Below are positions 33,188-42,023 of a stretch of 64,000 bases of DNA, piece by piece. A program made the position numbers and the translations under genes. The stretch comes from an uncultured Pseudomonadota bacterium. GTDB lineage: Bacteria > Pseudomonadota > Alphaproteobacteria > JACZXZ01. Under the pieces are notes generated by a model. That model saw only the letters and a list, made by a program, of their open reading frames with translations. It had not been told where the DNA came from and made no database searches. The stretch covers positions 992,001-1,056,000 of the forward strand of contig CAVVLJ010000017.1 of NCBI GenBank assembly GCA_963749075.1, written 5' to 3'. Numbering within the stretch: position 1 is the stretch's first letter; every line of letters starts with the position of its first letter.

Positions 33188-33727
33188 TCACTCCGGGCCG
33201 TCGAAACGCTTGGCGCCGAGCATGCGCTGGGTGAGCAGCACCGCCGCCTGCTGCCCGCTCTGGAAGGCGAGGCCGGCCGCAGCGGCCGTGGCGGCCGCCG
33301 CCTCCTCCTCATGCTCGACCGGGAAGAGCTTGACGCCCATGGCCTGGAGCACGGGCCGCGTGCCCTGGCCCATGGGCACCTGCCAGGGATTGAACTCGCC
33401 CCACTCGCCGCGCATGGTGACGATCATGAGGAGCGGGATGCCGCAGAGCGCCGGCAGGGCCAGCATATTGATGCAATTGCCGACGCCGCTGCTCTGCAGC
33501 AGCACGGCCGCGCGCTCGCCGCCGAGCCAGGCGCCGGCGGCCAGCGCGATGCCCTCCTCCTCGCTCGTGAGCGTGACGAGGCGCATGGTGCCGTCGCCTG
33601 CCACGAGCTCGAGAAGCCGCGTGAGCCCGGCATCGGGCACGGTCGCCACCTGACGCACGGCGTGCGCCCGCAGCACCTGGTGAACCTCCTCCGCCCAATC
33701 GCGGAGGGCCGTCCTGCCCGCAGACAT
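33188..33727 (-). CDS. ThDP-dependent decarboxylase alpha subunit (ComD-like)
   Basis: VPDAG, EEEGIALAAGAWLGG, QSSGVGNCIN, RGEWGEFNPWQVPMG. Confidence 0.85.
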   Translation of the reverse strand: MSAGRTALRDWAEEVHQVLRAHAVRQVATVPDAGLTRLLELVAGDGTMRLVTLTSEEEGIALAAGAWLGGERAAVLLQSSGVGNCINMLALPALCGIPLLMIVTMRGEWGEFNPWQVPMGQGTRPVLQAMGVKLFPVEHEEEAAAATAAAAGLAFQSGQQAAVLLTQRMLGAKRFDGPE

Positions 33728-34040
33728 GGGGGTACCTCTGGGGGATTCCTCTGCGACCTCGTGGGCGCCATCATCGCCGCAGCACCAGCGGGCGTAAAGG
33801 GGTTTGGGTACTGTATTCGGCTTCCCAACGGCGGCGTGCGACGTTTCCGACCTGGCTCGCGGGCACTCTCCCATTTGCAGTGCTTGACCGCTCCCACCGC
33901 TGGGCACGTTTGGCCCTTCTTTCCCGCGTCGCCATATCACTTACTGTCCCGTTCATGCCTCTTTTCGGGACAGTCTGCTGTAGTACCCCCCAGAGCCAAG
34001 TCTCCCGCGCGGCACCTTCGCCACCCAAGACGGATGTCCC

Positions 34041-34352
34041 CTACCGTCTGACAGGATAGCGTTCGGAGCCAGGCGGGAGTCCTCCAAATTTTTGCTTCAG
34101 CGAGCGCGTCGACTCGCAATCATGGTCTTCCCATTCGATAGTCGACCATCGATCCGGTTTGCTGTACACCGATGACAAATAGTCGTGCCAACGCACGGTT
34201 AGCACACGCCCTTTTGGAACGGGCCTGTCCACGTTTCCAAAGTCCAGCTGCTCGCTCCCTTCGACCCACCCACGCCGAGTGAGGTGATACTCAAACCACT
34301 CAGTACTCCGTGACATGCCCGTTACTCCATTTGATCCACGTGCACTCTTCAC
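34041..34352 (-). CDS. Small Trp-rich hypothetical protein downstream of the Mrr nuclease
   Basis: GTG overlaps the nuclease stop (GTGA); alternative ATG 34316 has a GGAG RBS; EWFEYHLTRRGWVEG. Confidence 0.6.
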   Translation of the reverse strand: MKSARGSNGVTGMSRSTEWFEYHLTRRGWVEGSEQLDFGNVDRPVPKGRVLTVRWHDYLSSVYSKPDRWSTIEWEDHDCESTRSLKQKFGGLPPGSERYPVRR

Positions 34353-35359
34353 TCGTCGCTCGGCACTAGGGTCCAGATACGCTTCAGCGGAATGGCACTT
34401 CGAATCGTTTCCGGTAGCGAATCATAATTAGCCTGGACCATATCGATGAGATCATTTGAATCCCATAGTCGAATTTCGAAGAACAAGCGGCTGGCTTCTC
34501 GCGGAACCGATTGCCTATAGCCGCCCCAAGCTACTACCGCGCCCTGGTCGGCTCCGAAGTTCTTCATAACGCCTTGCAATTCGCGCAAGACCTTCACATC
34601 TACAGGCTCGTCGCCGGATTTTACCTGGACGGCGAGACGCGGCGCTTCGAAGCCGAATGCACCGCGCCCAGCGATGATATCAATGCCGCCATCAGGCCCC
34701 TCGGGCGAGACCTTGACCTTGTAGCCCTGAACTTCGAGCAGCGCGCCGACCAGCGCTGCCAGCTCGTGACCTCTGAATTTGCGAGCAATGCATTCCCGGA
34801 TTTGGTCCCGCGCGTTTTGTTCCAGATCAGGCGGCGCCGTAAAGTCGGTGCTGTCCTCGGGTGTCGCCAGATCAATGGCAGGAGTGCGGTTCTCGATAAG
34901 AGCACGGACGCGTTCTTCGGCTTGACCGCGCTGGATGCGGCATACGGTCATGGCGGCGCCAAAGGAATAGAGAATATCTTGATCAAAGGCGCTTCGCGGG
35001 AACTCTTTGATCCATTTGACTGGGCGCGTATGCAGGCCATCCACTCCAAGATCAGTGCGGTACTTGTAAGACCCCGTTATGGTTCCGATTGCAATCATCG
35101 AGCGCGTTTTGAGTGGCAGCACTATGAGATCGCCGGATTGCATCGTGCTTGTGATCGGCCAAAGCTGGCTTTCCCAATTAGAGAGCCGTTTCGCCTTCTC
35201 GTCGGGATAAGTCTTTGCCAGCAGAGCGGTAAGCTCACCTCTATCAGAGATTCCGGATAGGTTGGGCACATTCTCCCAACCAATGATGGCGGCGCCCTTC
35301 TCAAGGGCGAGGCTCTCACGTTCCCCGTGTTTTCCGGCTCTCACCAGCCACAATGCCAT
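34349..35359 (-). CDS. Mrr-family (type IV, modification-dependent) restriction endonuclease
   Basis: N-terminal WLVRAG..IIGW domain; C-terminal Mrr_cat GPDGGIDIIA..AVQVKS (D..QxK); GGAGG RBS. Confidence 0.88.
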   Translation of the reverse strand: MALWLVRAGKHGERESLALEKGAAIIGWENVPNLSGISDRGELTALLAKTYPDEKAKRLSNWESQLWPITSTMQSGDLIVLPLKTRSMIAIGTITGSYKYRTDLGVDGLHTRPVKWIKEFPRSAFDQDILYSFGAAMTVCRIQRGQAEERVRALIENRTPAIDLATPEDSTDFTAPPDLEQNARDQIRECIARKFRGHELAALVGALLEVQGYKVKVSPEGPDGGIDIIAGRGAFGFEAPRLAVQVKSGDEPVDVKVLRELQGVMKNFGADQGAVVAWGGYRQSVPREASRLFFEIRLWDSNDLIDMVQANYDSLPETIRSAIPLKRIWTLVPSDE

Positions 35360-35499
35360 AGCAACCTCCCACGAGCTTGGAGCCACGACGGCAGCTCCTT
35401 GCTAATACATACGGAGATTTTTCTGTCTCAGACGGTTGTCAACGAAATTCGTGCCGCCCAACGCGTCCCTGAATTTCTCTCCGCTTCCGGCTCGTCAGC

Positions 35500-35512
35500 T
35501 AACGCTTTGATT
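35500..35512 (-). promoter_or_regulatory. IHF consensus match (AATCAA-AGCG-TTA) upstream of the Mrr gene
   Basis: Exact WATCAANNNNTTR match. Confidence 0.4.
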
Positions 35513-35684
35513 TTGTGATAAGCGCCGCGCTTCAAACCCGGGGCCCGCTGATTAAAAATTCGCGACCTTCTACCGGGGCCGGTATGCGTACAGGCGAGCA
35601 TATCGGCTCGTCGTTCGCCAAGCGCAGGAAGGTCGCTCAAGTTTGCTCGGGACGCTGAAATCCCAATTCCTCGTCGCCAAAGCA

Positions 35685-36074
35685 TCACACCACCTTTAGG
35701 CCAAGATGCTCCTCCATCGGCACAAAATCGCGGTCGCTGTGCAACAATGCGTGGCGGTGTTCGATGCAGAAGGTACCAATGATGATGTCGGCGGTTTTGC
35801 GGATCGTGACCCTCAGTTCCCTCAGTTTGCGATAGTTGCGGGCAGCTCGCGGGGCTAAATCGCCATCCAAGAGCGGCACGACAGCAAATTGACGCAACGC
35901 GCGTTCGATGCGCGCGGCCTGGGCTTCGTCCCGAGCGCCCTGAAGAACCTCGAGCAGGATAAGATCACCGATCAGCAAGGGTTCCCGCACGGCAACAGCT
36001 TCTAGCTTGCTGGTAGCCGGCGTTGTACGGCCGCGCAGATACGAGATCCAGACGGAGCTATCGACGAGAATCAC
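35685..36074 (-). CDS. vapC: PIN-domain toxin
   Basis: ILVDSSVWI, LLEVLQG, TIRKTADIII, LLHSDRDF; GTGA overlap with the antitoxin. Confidence 0.9.
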   Translation of the reverse strand: MILVDSSVWISYLRGRTTPATSKLEAVAVREPLLIGDLILLEVLQGARDEAQAARIERALRQFAVVPLLDGDLAPRAARNYRKLRELRVTIRKTADIIIGTFCIEHRHALLHSDRDFVPMEEHLGLKVV

Positions 36075-36280
36075 CGTCGGACCGCTTGGCGGCCCCGACG
36101 CATCTTGTCGAGATCGCCCTCCCAACCCAACCCCTTGAGATGCGCCAACGCCTCGGTCTGCTTGCGCACCCGAACCAAGAGATGCAATGCCGCCTCAACC
36201 GTGGCCCGCTTGGTCGGCAGCGCCGCGGCCGCCATGGCTTTGGACAGCAATTCGTCGTCGATTTCGATATTGGTCCGCAT
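36071..36280 (-). CDS. vapB: VapB-family antitoxin
   Basis: MRTNIEIDDELL..TKRATVEAAL..WEGDLDKMR. Confidence 0.9.
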   Translation of the reverse strand: MRTNIEIDDELLSKAMAAAALPTKRATVEAALHLLVRVRKQTEALAHLKGLGWEGDLDKMRRGRQAVRR

Positions 36281-36298
36281 CGTCGTTGGGCTCCCCCA

Positions 36299-36328
36299 AT
36301 GTGTATAGAGTACAAAATTCATACACAT
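36299..36328. promoter_or_regulatory. Operator palindrome ATGTGTAT-N14-ATACACAT upstream of vapB
   Basis: 8-bp perfect inverted repeat ~20 nt upstream of the vapB ATG. Confidence 0.6.
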
Positions 36329-36495
36329 AAGTCCATCTTTGCAAGACCGGCGCTATCAGGATACACCGCGAGCCCCCGGATCGCGCGCACGATTGCGAGC
36401 TTCACGTGCCGAGCACCTTGAGGGCTTCGCTTCTCGAGATACTCGTACACCTCCTCGCGGTCGGCGAATGCCCGCGGGGTGTACCGAACCCTCAT
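36319..36495 (-). pseudogene. Truncated RelE/ParE-family toxin (58 aa)
   Basis: Manual translation MRVRYTPRAFADREEVYEYLEKRSPQGARHVKLAIVRAIRGLAVYPDSAGLAKMDLCV*; ATGA overlap with the antitoxin; not in the ORF track. Confidence 0.7.
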
Positions 36496-36719
36496 ATTCC
36501 GTGGCGCTTGTCGGCTTCCAAGATGTCTTCATCGGCGACGAACTCGCCTCTCTCTCCTTGCAGGAGACCCTCCTCGACGGCACCGCGCGTCGCTGCGTCG
36601 AGATGCACAACCGGCGTCTCTTCTCCGGCTATCGCGAGCAAGGCGTTGGCCAGCGCGTCCTGGTCTGCCGCGGGCAATTCGCGCAGTTTCTCGATGGCCT
36701 TTTCGAGCAACTTCGTCAT
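36492..36719 (-). CDS. Putative antitoxin of the ParE/RelE module
   Basis: MTKLLEKAIEKLRELP..QD..A..L and VEEGLLQGERGEFV, small acidic protein upstream of a ParE-like gene. Confidence 0.75.
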   Translation of the reverse strand: MTKLLEKAIEKLRELPAADQDALANALLAIAGEETPVVHLDAATRGAVEEGLLQGERGEFVADEDILEADKRHGI

Positions 36720-36949
36720 ATCGCCCATTTCATGACATCCCGATTTCGGCGCGGGCCCGCTCGTCACAGCGACAAAGCCGCCGAGCCCGACGACGTCGCG
36801 GATCATATCAGACCGCTCAAGGCCGGAGAACGCGCGAATCGCCCCCGTACCGCCGGGCATTTAGGGCCTTGCCTGCCCCGCGCAAGCCATATTGCCTTCC
36901 GCGCCGAACTACCGCACCTTTGGGTACGCATCGAACCCACGGGGACGCC

Positions 36950-37780
36950 ATGGCAAGCACGATCCTGCCGGACCTCGAGGCGCTGGCCGCGCGCGTGCCG
37001 GACGGCGCCATGCTCGCCGTGCCGACCGACTATTCCGGCGTCGCCATGGCGGCGACCTTGGCGCTCATCCGGCGCGGCGCCAGGCGGCTCCATCTCCTCT
37101 GCGTGCCGGCGAGCGGGCTCCAGGCCGAGCTCCTCATCGGCGCCGGCGCCGTCGCCACGCTCGAGACCTCGGCGGTGACGCTGGGCGAGCTCGGGCCGGC
37201 GCCGCGCTTCGTGGACGCGGTGCGGAACGGCAGGCTCCGCCTCCTCGATGCCACCTGCCCGGCCATCCACGCCGCCCTCCAGGCCGCCGAGAAGGGCCTG
37301 CCGTTCTTGCCGCTCCGCGGCCTCATCGGCAGCGATCTCGTGTCGCACCGCCCCGACTGGAAGGTCATCGAGAACCCGTTCGACGCAACGGAGTCCCTGG
37401 TGGCGCTGCCGGCGCTGAGGCCCGACGCAGCCCTCTTCCACGCCCCGCTCGCCGACCGCGAGGGCAATGTGTGGATCGGCCGGCGCCGCGAGCTCGCGAC
37501 CATGGCCCATGCGGCGCGCGAGACCTTCGTCACCGTCGAGGCGATCCGCGAGGAGAGCCTCTTCGCCGACGAGGTCATGGCGGCGGGCACGCTCCCGGCG
37601 CTCTACGTGAGCGGCGTAGCACTGGCCAAGCGCGGCGCCTGGCCGCTCGCCTTCTGGGACGACTACGCGGCCGACGACGAGGCCCTCGAGCGCTACGTGG
37701 CGGCGGCGGCGAGCCAGGAGGGCTTCGAGCGCCTGCTGGCAAGCTGGCTCGCGCGGCCGCGCGCGGCGGCGGCCGAGTGA
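36950..37780 (+). CDS. Family I CoA-transferase-fold protein, subunit A (GctA-like)
   Basis: [51 protein letters not shown]. Confidence 0.82.
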   Translation: MASTILPDLEALAARVPDGAMLAVPTDYSGVAMAATLALIRRGARRLHLLCVPASGLQAELLIGAGAVATLETSAVTLGELGPAPRFVDAVRNGRLRLLDATCPAIHAALQAAEKGLPFLPLRGLIGSDLVSHRPDWKVIENPFDATESLVALPALRPDAALFHAPLADREGNVWIGRRRELATMAHAARETFVTVEAIREESLFADEVMAAGTLPALYVSGVALAKRGAWPLAFWDDYAADDEALERYVAAAASQEGFERLLASWLARPRAAAAE

Positions 37781-38514
37781 GCGGCTTCAGCAAGAGCGAG
37801 CTCCTGATCGCGACGGTGGCACGGCTCCTCGCGGGCTGCCGCCATGTCGCGGTCGGCGCCTCCTCGCCGATCCCGGGCGCAGGCGCACTTCTCGCCCGCG
37901 CGCTCTCCCACGGCGAGCTGCGCGTCAACCTGCTCGGCTCGCGCCGGCACAACTTCTTCACGAGCGGCGGCGTCGAGCTCTTCGATTGCGCGGCCGAGGG
38001 CCGCCTCGACGCCTTCTTCCTCGGCGGCGGCCAGATCGACGGCCGCGCCAACATCAACCTCGTGGGCCTTGGCGGCTACCCGGCCTCGCGGGTGCGCTGG
38101 CCCGGCTCCTTCGGCTCGGCCTATCTCTATTACCTGGTGCCGCGCGTCATCCTCTTCCGCGAGGAGCACAGCCGGCGCGTGCTCGTCGACAAGGTCGATT
38201 TCGTGAGCGCGCCGGGCACGAGTGCCGCCGGCGTCTACCGCCCGGGCGGACCGGCGGCCCTCCTCACCGGCATGGCACTCTTCACCTTCGACAAGGTGGC
38301 GCAGCGCTTCCGCCTCGAGAGCCTCCACCCCGGCCACACGCTTCAAGAGGTGCTCGACAATACCGGCTTCGCCTTCGAGCGGCCGGCGGCCCCCGCCACG
38401 ACACCCGCCCCCGACGCGGCCGGGCTCGCGCTCCTCCGCGGACGCATTCGCGACGAGCTCGCCGAGACCTACCCCCGTTTCGCGGCCGGCCTCTCCGGCC
38501 ATGCCGCCGCCTGA
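37777..38514 (+). CDS. Family I CoA-transferase-fold protein, subunit B (GctB-like)
   Basis: FFLGGGQIDGRANINL, PGSFGS, VDFVSAPG, LHPG..V..NTGF; GTGA overlap with subunit A. Confidence 0.82.
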   Translation: MSGFSKSELLIATVARLLAGCRHVAVGASSPIPGAGALLARALSHGELRVNLLGSRRHNFFTSGGVELFDCAAEGRLDAFFLGGGQIDGRANINLVGLGGYPASRVRWPGSFGSAYLYYLVPRVILFREEHSRRVLVDKVDFVSAPGTSAAGVYRPGGPAALLTGMALFTFDKVAQRFRLESLHPGHTLQEVLDNTGFAFERPAAPATTPAPDAAGLALLRGRIRDELAETYPRFAAGLSGHAAA

Positions 38515-38568
38515 GGGGCGGGGGGCAGCGGACCCTAGAGCCGCTGCGCGCGCCGCGAGGAGCTTCCC

Positions 38569-39324
38569 TTGCTCGAGCATCTGAGCCCGCTTCAGCTCCT
38601 CCTCATCGCCGTCATCCTCGTGGCCGCCGGCCTGACCAAGGGCGTGCTCGGGGTCGGCCTGCCGCTCATCGCCGTGCCGCTCCTCTCGCAGATCGTGCCG
38701 GTGCCGCTCGCCATCATGACGCTCTCCCTCTCGCAGGTGCTGAGCAACGGCTACCAGGCCTTCCAGGGCGGCAATCTCGCCGCGGTGCTGCGCCGCTTTT
38801 GGACGCTCTTCCTGCCGCTCGTGGCCGCCCTTTTTGCGGGTGCGCGCATCCTCATCGGCCTCGACGCGCGGCTGCTCGGCTTCCTCGTGGGATCGCTGCT
38901 GCTCGTCTTCACCGTGCTGAGCCGGTTCCCGCGCCTTTTCAGCATCAAGCCGCGCCACGAGCGGCTCGCCAATCCCATCATCGGAGCGCTCGGCGGCTTC
39001 ATCGGCGGCATCTCCTCCTTCTCCGGCCCCGTCGTGCTCATGTATTTCATGGCGCTCGGGCTGGAGCAGGAGTTCTTCATCAGCGTGGTCTCGACCGCCT
39101 TCCTCCTCGGCGCCGCACCGCTGCTCATCTCGCTCACGCTCTATGGCGCCATGGGGTACCACGAGTACATTCTCTCGGGCCTGAGCGTGATCCCGGTCTT
39201 CGGCGGCCTCCTCGCCGGGCAGGCGCTGCGCAAGCGCATGCCGCAGGAGCTCTTCCGCAAGGGGCTCTTCGTGATCCTGCTCCTAACCGGCGCCAGCCTC
39301 GTGCTGCGCGCCATCCTCGAGTAG
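38569..39324 (+). CDS. TauE/SafE (TSUP) family exporter
   Basis: AGLTKGVLGVG and GGFIGGISSFSGP Gly motifs; about 8 hydrophobic helices. Confidence 0.85.
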   Translation: MLEHLSPLQLLLIAVILVAAGLTKGVLGVGLPLIAVPLLSQIVPVPLAIMTLSLSQVLSNGYQAFQGGNLAAVLRRFWTLFLPLVAALFAGARILIGLDARLLGFLVGSLLLVFTVLSRFPRLFSIKPRHERLANPIIGALGGFIGGISSFSGPVVLMYFMALGLEQEFFISVVSTAFLLGAAPLLISLTLYGAMGYHEYILSGLSVIPVFGGLLAGQALRKRMPQELFRKGLFVILLLTGASLVLRAILE

Positions 39325-39386
39325 GTGCGGTGCTTCTCCCGCGAGCGCGCGCCATGCTAATCTCCCGCCGCCCTGTGGAGGACGCC

Positions 39387-40934
39387 ATGAGAGGGAGCGG
39401 GCAATCGAGGCCTGGGGCTGCGCGCCGGCCGGGGATCCTGCGCTTCGTGCAGGCGCTGCTCCTCGCCTTGGCGCTCGCGGGTGCCCTCGCGGCGGAGCGG
39501 GGCGAGGCCGCCGAGGCGGCACGCCGCGTGGCCCTCGTCGTCGGCAACAACGCCTACCGCAACGTGGCAGCACTCGCCAAGGCGGTGAACGACGCCCGCG
39601 CCGTGGCCAAGACGCTCAAAGAGGTCGGCTTCGAGGTCATCGAGCGCGAGAACCTCGACCGCCGCGGCATGAACCAGGCGCTCAGCGAGTTCGTCGATCG
39701 CCTTTCGGCGGGCGGCGTCGGGCTCTTCTATTTCGCCGGTCACGGGGTGCAGATCGGCGGCAGCAACTATCTCGTTCCCGTCGACGTGCCGGCGCTCGGC
39801 GACCAGGAGGAGCTGCGCGACGAGGCCATCGAGGTCGCGCGCATCCTCGAGCGTCTGACCGAGGCCAAGACCAGGCTCAACATCGTCATTCTCGACGCCT
39901 GCCGCGACAACCCCTTCCCCAAGATCGCCGGCCGCAGCCTGGCGCGCGCGCGCGGCCTCGCCAATCCGGAGGCGCCGAGCGGCATCCTGATCATCTATTC
40001 GGCGGGTGCGAACCAGGTGGCGCTCGACAGCCTGGGCCCCGGCGACCGCAATCCGAACGGCCTCTTCACGCGCAAGCTCCTGACCGTGATGCGCGAGCCG
40101 GGCTTGCGCCTCGACGAGGCGGTGCGGCGCATCCGGCATGACGTGTCCACCGCCGCGGAGGCCGCGGGCGGCGAGCAGAACCCGGCGATCTACGACCAGA
40201 CCGACGCCGACTTCTACTTCGTGCAGCCGGGTGCCGCGGCGGCACCTGCACCCGCCGCCGGTGCACCTGCGGAGAGCGACAAGGAGGCGCTCTTCTGGCA
40301 GTCGATCAAGGACAGCACGGAGCCGGCGGACTTCCGCGCCTATCTGAAGCAATTCCCCAAAGGCGTTTTCGCCGACCTCGCGCGCACGCGGATCGCGGCA
40401 CTGGAGCGCGGCACGGCCGCCGCGGAGACCTCGCGCTCGGCCGCGGCGCCGAAAGCGCCGCCTTCGAAGCCGCCGGCGCCTCCGCGGCAGGCGGCAGCGC
40501 CGCAATCGACGCCGCCGCCGGCCGCAGTCCCCACGGCACCGCCGGCCGCCGGCCCACCGGCGGCGGCGGCGCAGCAGCAGGCCTCGGTACCTCCGGCCGC
40601 GAGCCAGCCCGCGGCAGCGCCCGCTGCCGCCGGCGGCCGCTTCGACGGCGAGTGGAGGGGCACCGCCGGAAGCGGCACCTACAACGAAAGCGTGGGCTTC
40701 GCCTGCCGCAACATGGACATGAAGGTGAAGGTGCTCGGCGACAAGCTGTCCGGGGTGGAGATCGCCTCCCTCTTCACGGAGAGCGTCTCCGGCACCATCG
40801 CGGGCGACGGCGCCCTCAGCGGGTCCATCGGCCGCGGCGAGTTCTCGGGCCGCTTCGAGGGCGACCGCTTCCGCGGCAGCTTCCGCCGCGGGGAGTGCGG
40901 CAGCGGCAGCGTCGAGCTCGAGCGCGCGCGCTGA
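39387..40934 (+). CDS. Exported caspase-like (peptidase C14) protein with a Pro/Ala linker and C-terminal beta domain
   Basis: RVALVVGNNAY, FYFAGHG (His), ILDACRDNP (Cys), NGLFT, QNP; FWQSIKDS..YLKQFPKG helical module. Confidence 0.88.
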   Translation: MRGSGQSRPGAARRPGILRFVQALLLALALAGALAAERGEAAEAARRVALVVGNNAYRNVAALAKAVNDARAVAKTLKEVGFEVIERENLDRRGMNQALSEFVDRLSAGGVGLFYFAGHGVQIGGSNYLVPVDVPALGDQEELRDEAIEVARILERLTEAKTRLNIVILDACRDNPFPKIAGRSLARARGLANPEAPSGILIIYSAGANQVALDSLGPGDRNPNGLFTRKLLTVMREPGLRLDEAVRRIRHDVSTAAEAAGGEQNPAIYDQTDADFYFVQPGAAAAPAPAAGAPAESDKEALFWQSIKDSTEPADFRAYLKQFPKGVFADLARTRIAALERGTAAAETSRSAAAPKAPPSKPPAPPRQAAAPQSTPPPAAVPTAPPAAGPPAAAAQQQASVPPAASQPAAAPAAAGGRFDGEWRGTAGSGTYNESVGFACRNMDMKVKVLGDKLSGVEIASLFTESVSGTIAGDGALSGSIGRGEFSGRFEGDRFRGSFRRGECGSGSVELERAR

Positions 40935-40990
40935 CGATCACGCACGCATCGTAGCCGCATCGAACCTTCCGCCTTTCGGAGGCCAGTTCA

Positions 40991-41992
40991 ATGACCCGCG
41001 TTCCAAACGTCGTCCATTTCATATTCGGCTTCCAGCCGCAGACGCAGCCCTTTCACCTCATGCATTATCTCTGCCTTGCCTCCTGCATCGGCGTGAACCG
41101 GCCCGATGCGGTGTTCTTCCACTGCCAGCACGAGCCTTGGGGCGACTACTGGGATCGCATACGTCCGGAGCTCACGGTTCGCCACATCGAGCCCGACCCC
41201 TTCATTGCCTCGTTCCGCTACCAGGACCCCATGCTGGAGCGCTTTCGCTATGCTCACTTCACCGACGTGGCGCGGATCAAAGCCATCGCCGAGCACGGCG
41301 GAATCTACGCCGACATGGACACGTTGTTCGTTTCCCCCCTGCCGGCGCCCTTCTTCGAGCGCTCGTTCGTCATGGGGAAGGAGAAAACGGACCTCGGCGA
41401 CGCCGCCGCCAGGGACGCAGGGGGCTCTCTCTGCAATGCCTGGATGATGGGCGAGCGCGGTGCGCCGTTCGCCCATGAGTGGCTCTCGCGGCTCAAGGAG
41501 ACTTTCGACGGGACCTGGAATGCCTACGCCTGCCTCGCACCCTACCGCCTCAGCGTCGAGCACCCGGAATGGATTCACGTCGAGCCGGAGAGATCCTTCT
41601 TTCACTTCGACTATGGAGCCCCCGGCTTGCGCGACATTTTCACGCGCCGAGTCATGGACCTCGAAGGGATTTACAGCATCCACCTCTGGAGCCATCGCTG
41701 GTGGAACGCCAAAGCCCGAGGCCCGATCCGCTTTCACGCCGGCCGCCTGACCCCCGCCTATGTGCGCGGCGCGGACACCACATACGCGGCGGTCGCGCGC
41801 AATTTTCTTCCCCCCGAACTCGGACGGCAGGGCCTCGTGGAGCGGACCGCCGAGAGTCTGCAGAACGCGTGGGAGGATTTGGCGTGGCCCGTCATCGGCC
41901 CGCCGGGGCGGCTGGAACGGCGCCTGCGGCGAATGCGGAGCCGCAAGGCCAAGCGCCGGGCGGCAACGAGACAGTCTCCGCAGCAAGGCTGA
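40991..41992 (+). CDS. Glycosyltransferase, GT32 / DXD sugar-binding family
   Basis: VPNVVHFIF, AHFTDVAR, HGGIYADMD, IHLW. Confidence 0.82.
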   Translation: MTRVPNVVHFIFGFQPQTQPFHLMHYLCLASCIGVNRPDAVFFHCQHEPWGDYWDRIRPELTVRHIEPDPFIASFRYQDPMLERFRYAHFTDVARIKAIAEHGGIYADMDTLFVSPLPAPFFERSFVMGKEKTDLGDAAARDAGGSLCNAWMMGERGAPFAHEWLSRLKETFDGTWNAYACLAPYRLSVEHPEWIHVEPERSFFHFDYGAPGLRDIFTRRVMDLEGIYSIHLWSHRWWNAKARGPIRFHAGRLTPAYVRGADTTYAAVARNFLPPELGRQGLVERTAESLQNAWEDLAWPVIGPPGRLERRLRRMRSRKAKRRAATRQSPQQG

Positions 41993-42023
41993 CCGCGGGC
42001 CTCGTCAAAGCACCCTTCCGGCG

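Larger units (their letters stand above)
33806..36760. other. AT-richer defence/TA islet with no integrase or transposase
   Basis: Abrupt compositional shift; contains an Mrr-like nuclease and two TA modules; boundaries approximate. Confidence 0.65.

Noticed and set aside
33780-34040. tRNA or att site at the islet boundary
   Set aside because: No cloverleaf or T-loop/CCA pattern, and no flanking direct repeat was found by eye.
35428-35688. 86-aa ORF between vapC and mrr
   Set aside because: No recognisable motif, and it overlaps a likely promoter/IHF region; probably non-coding.
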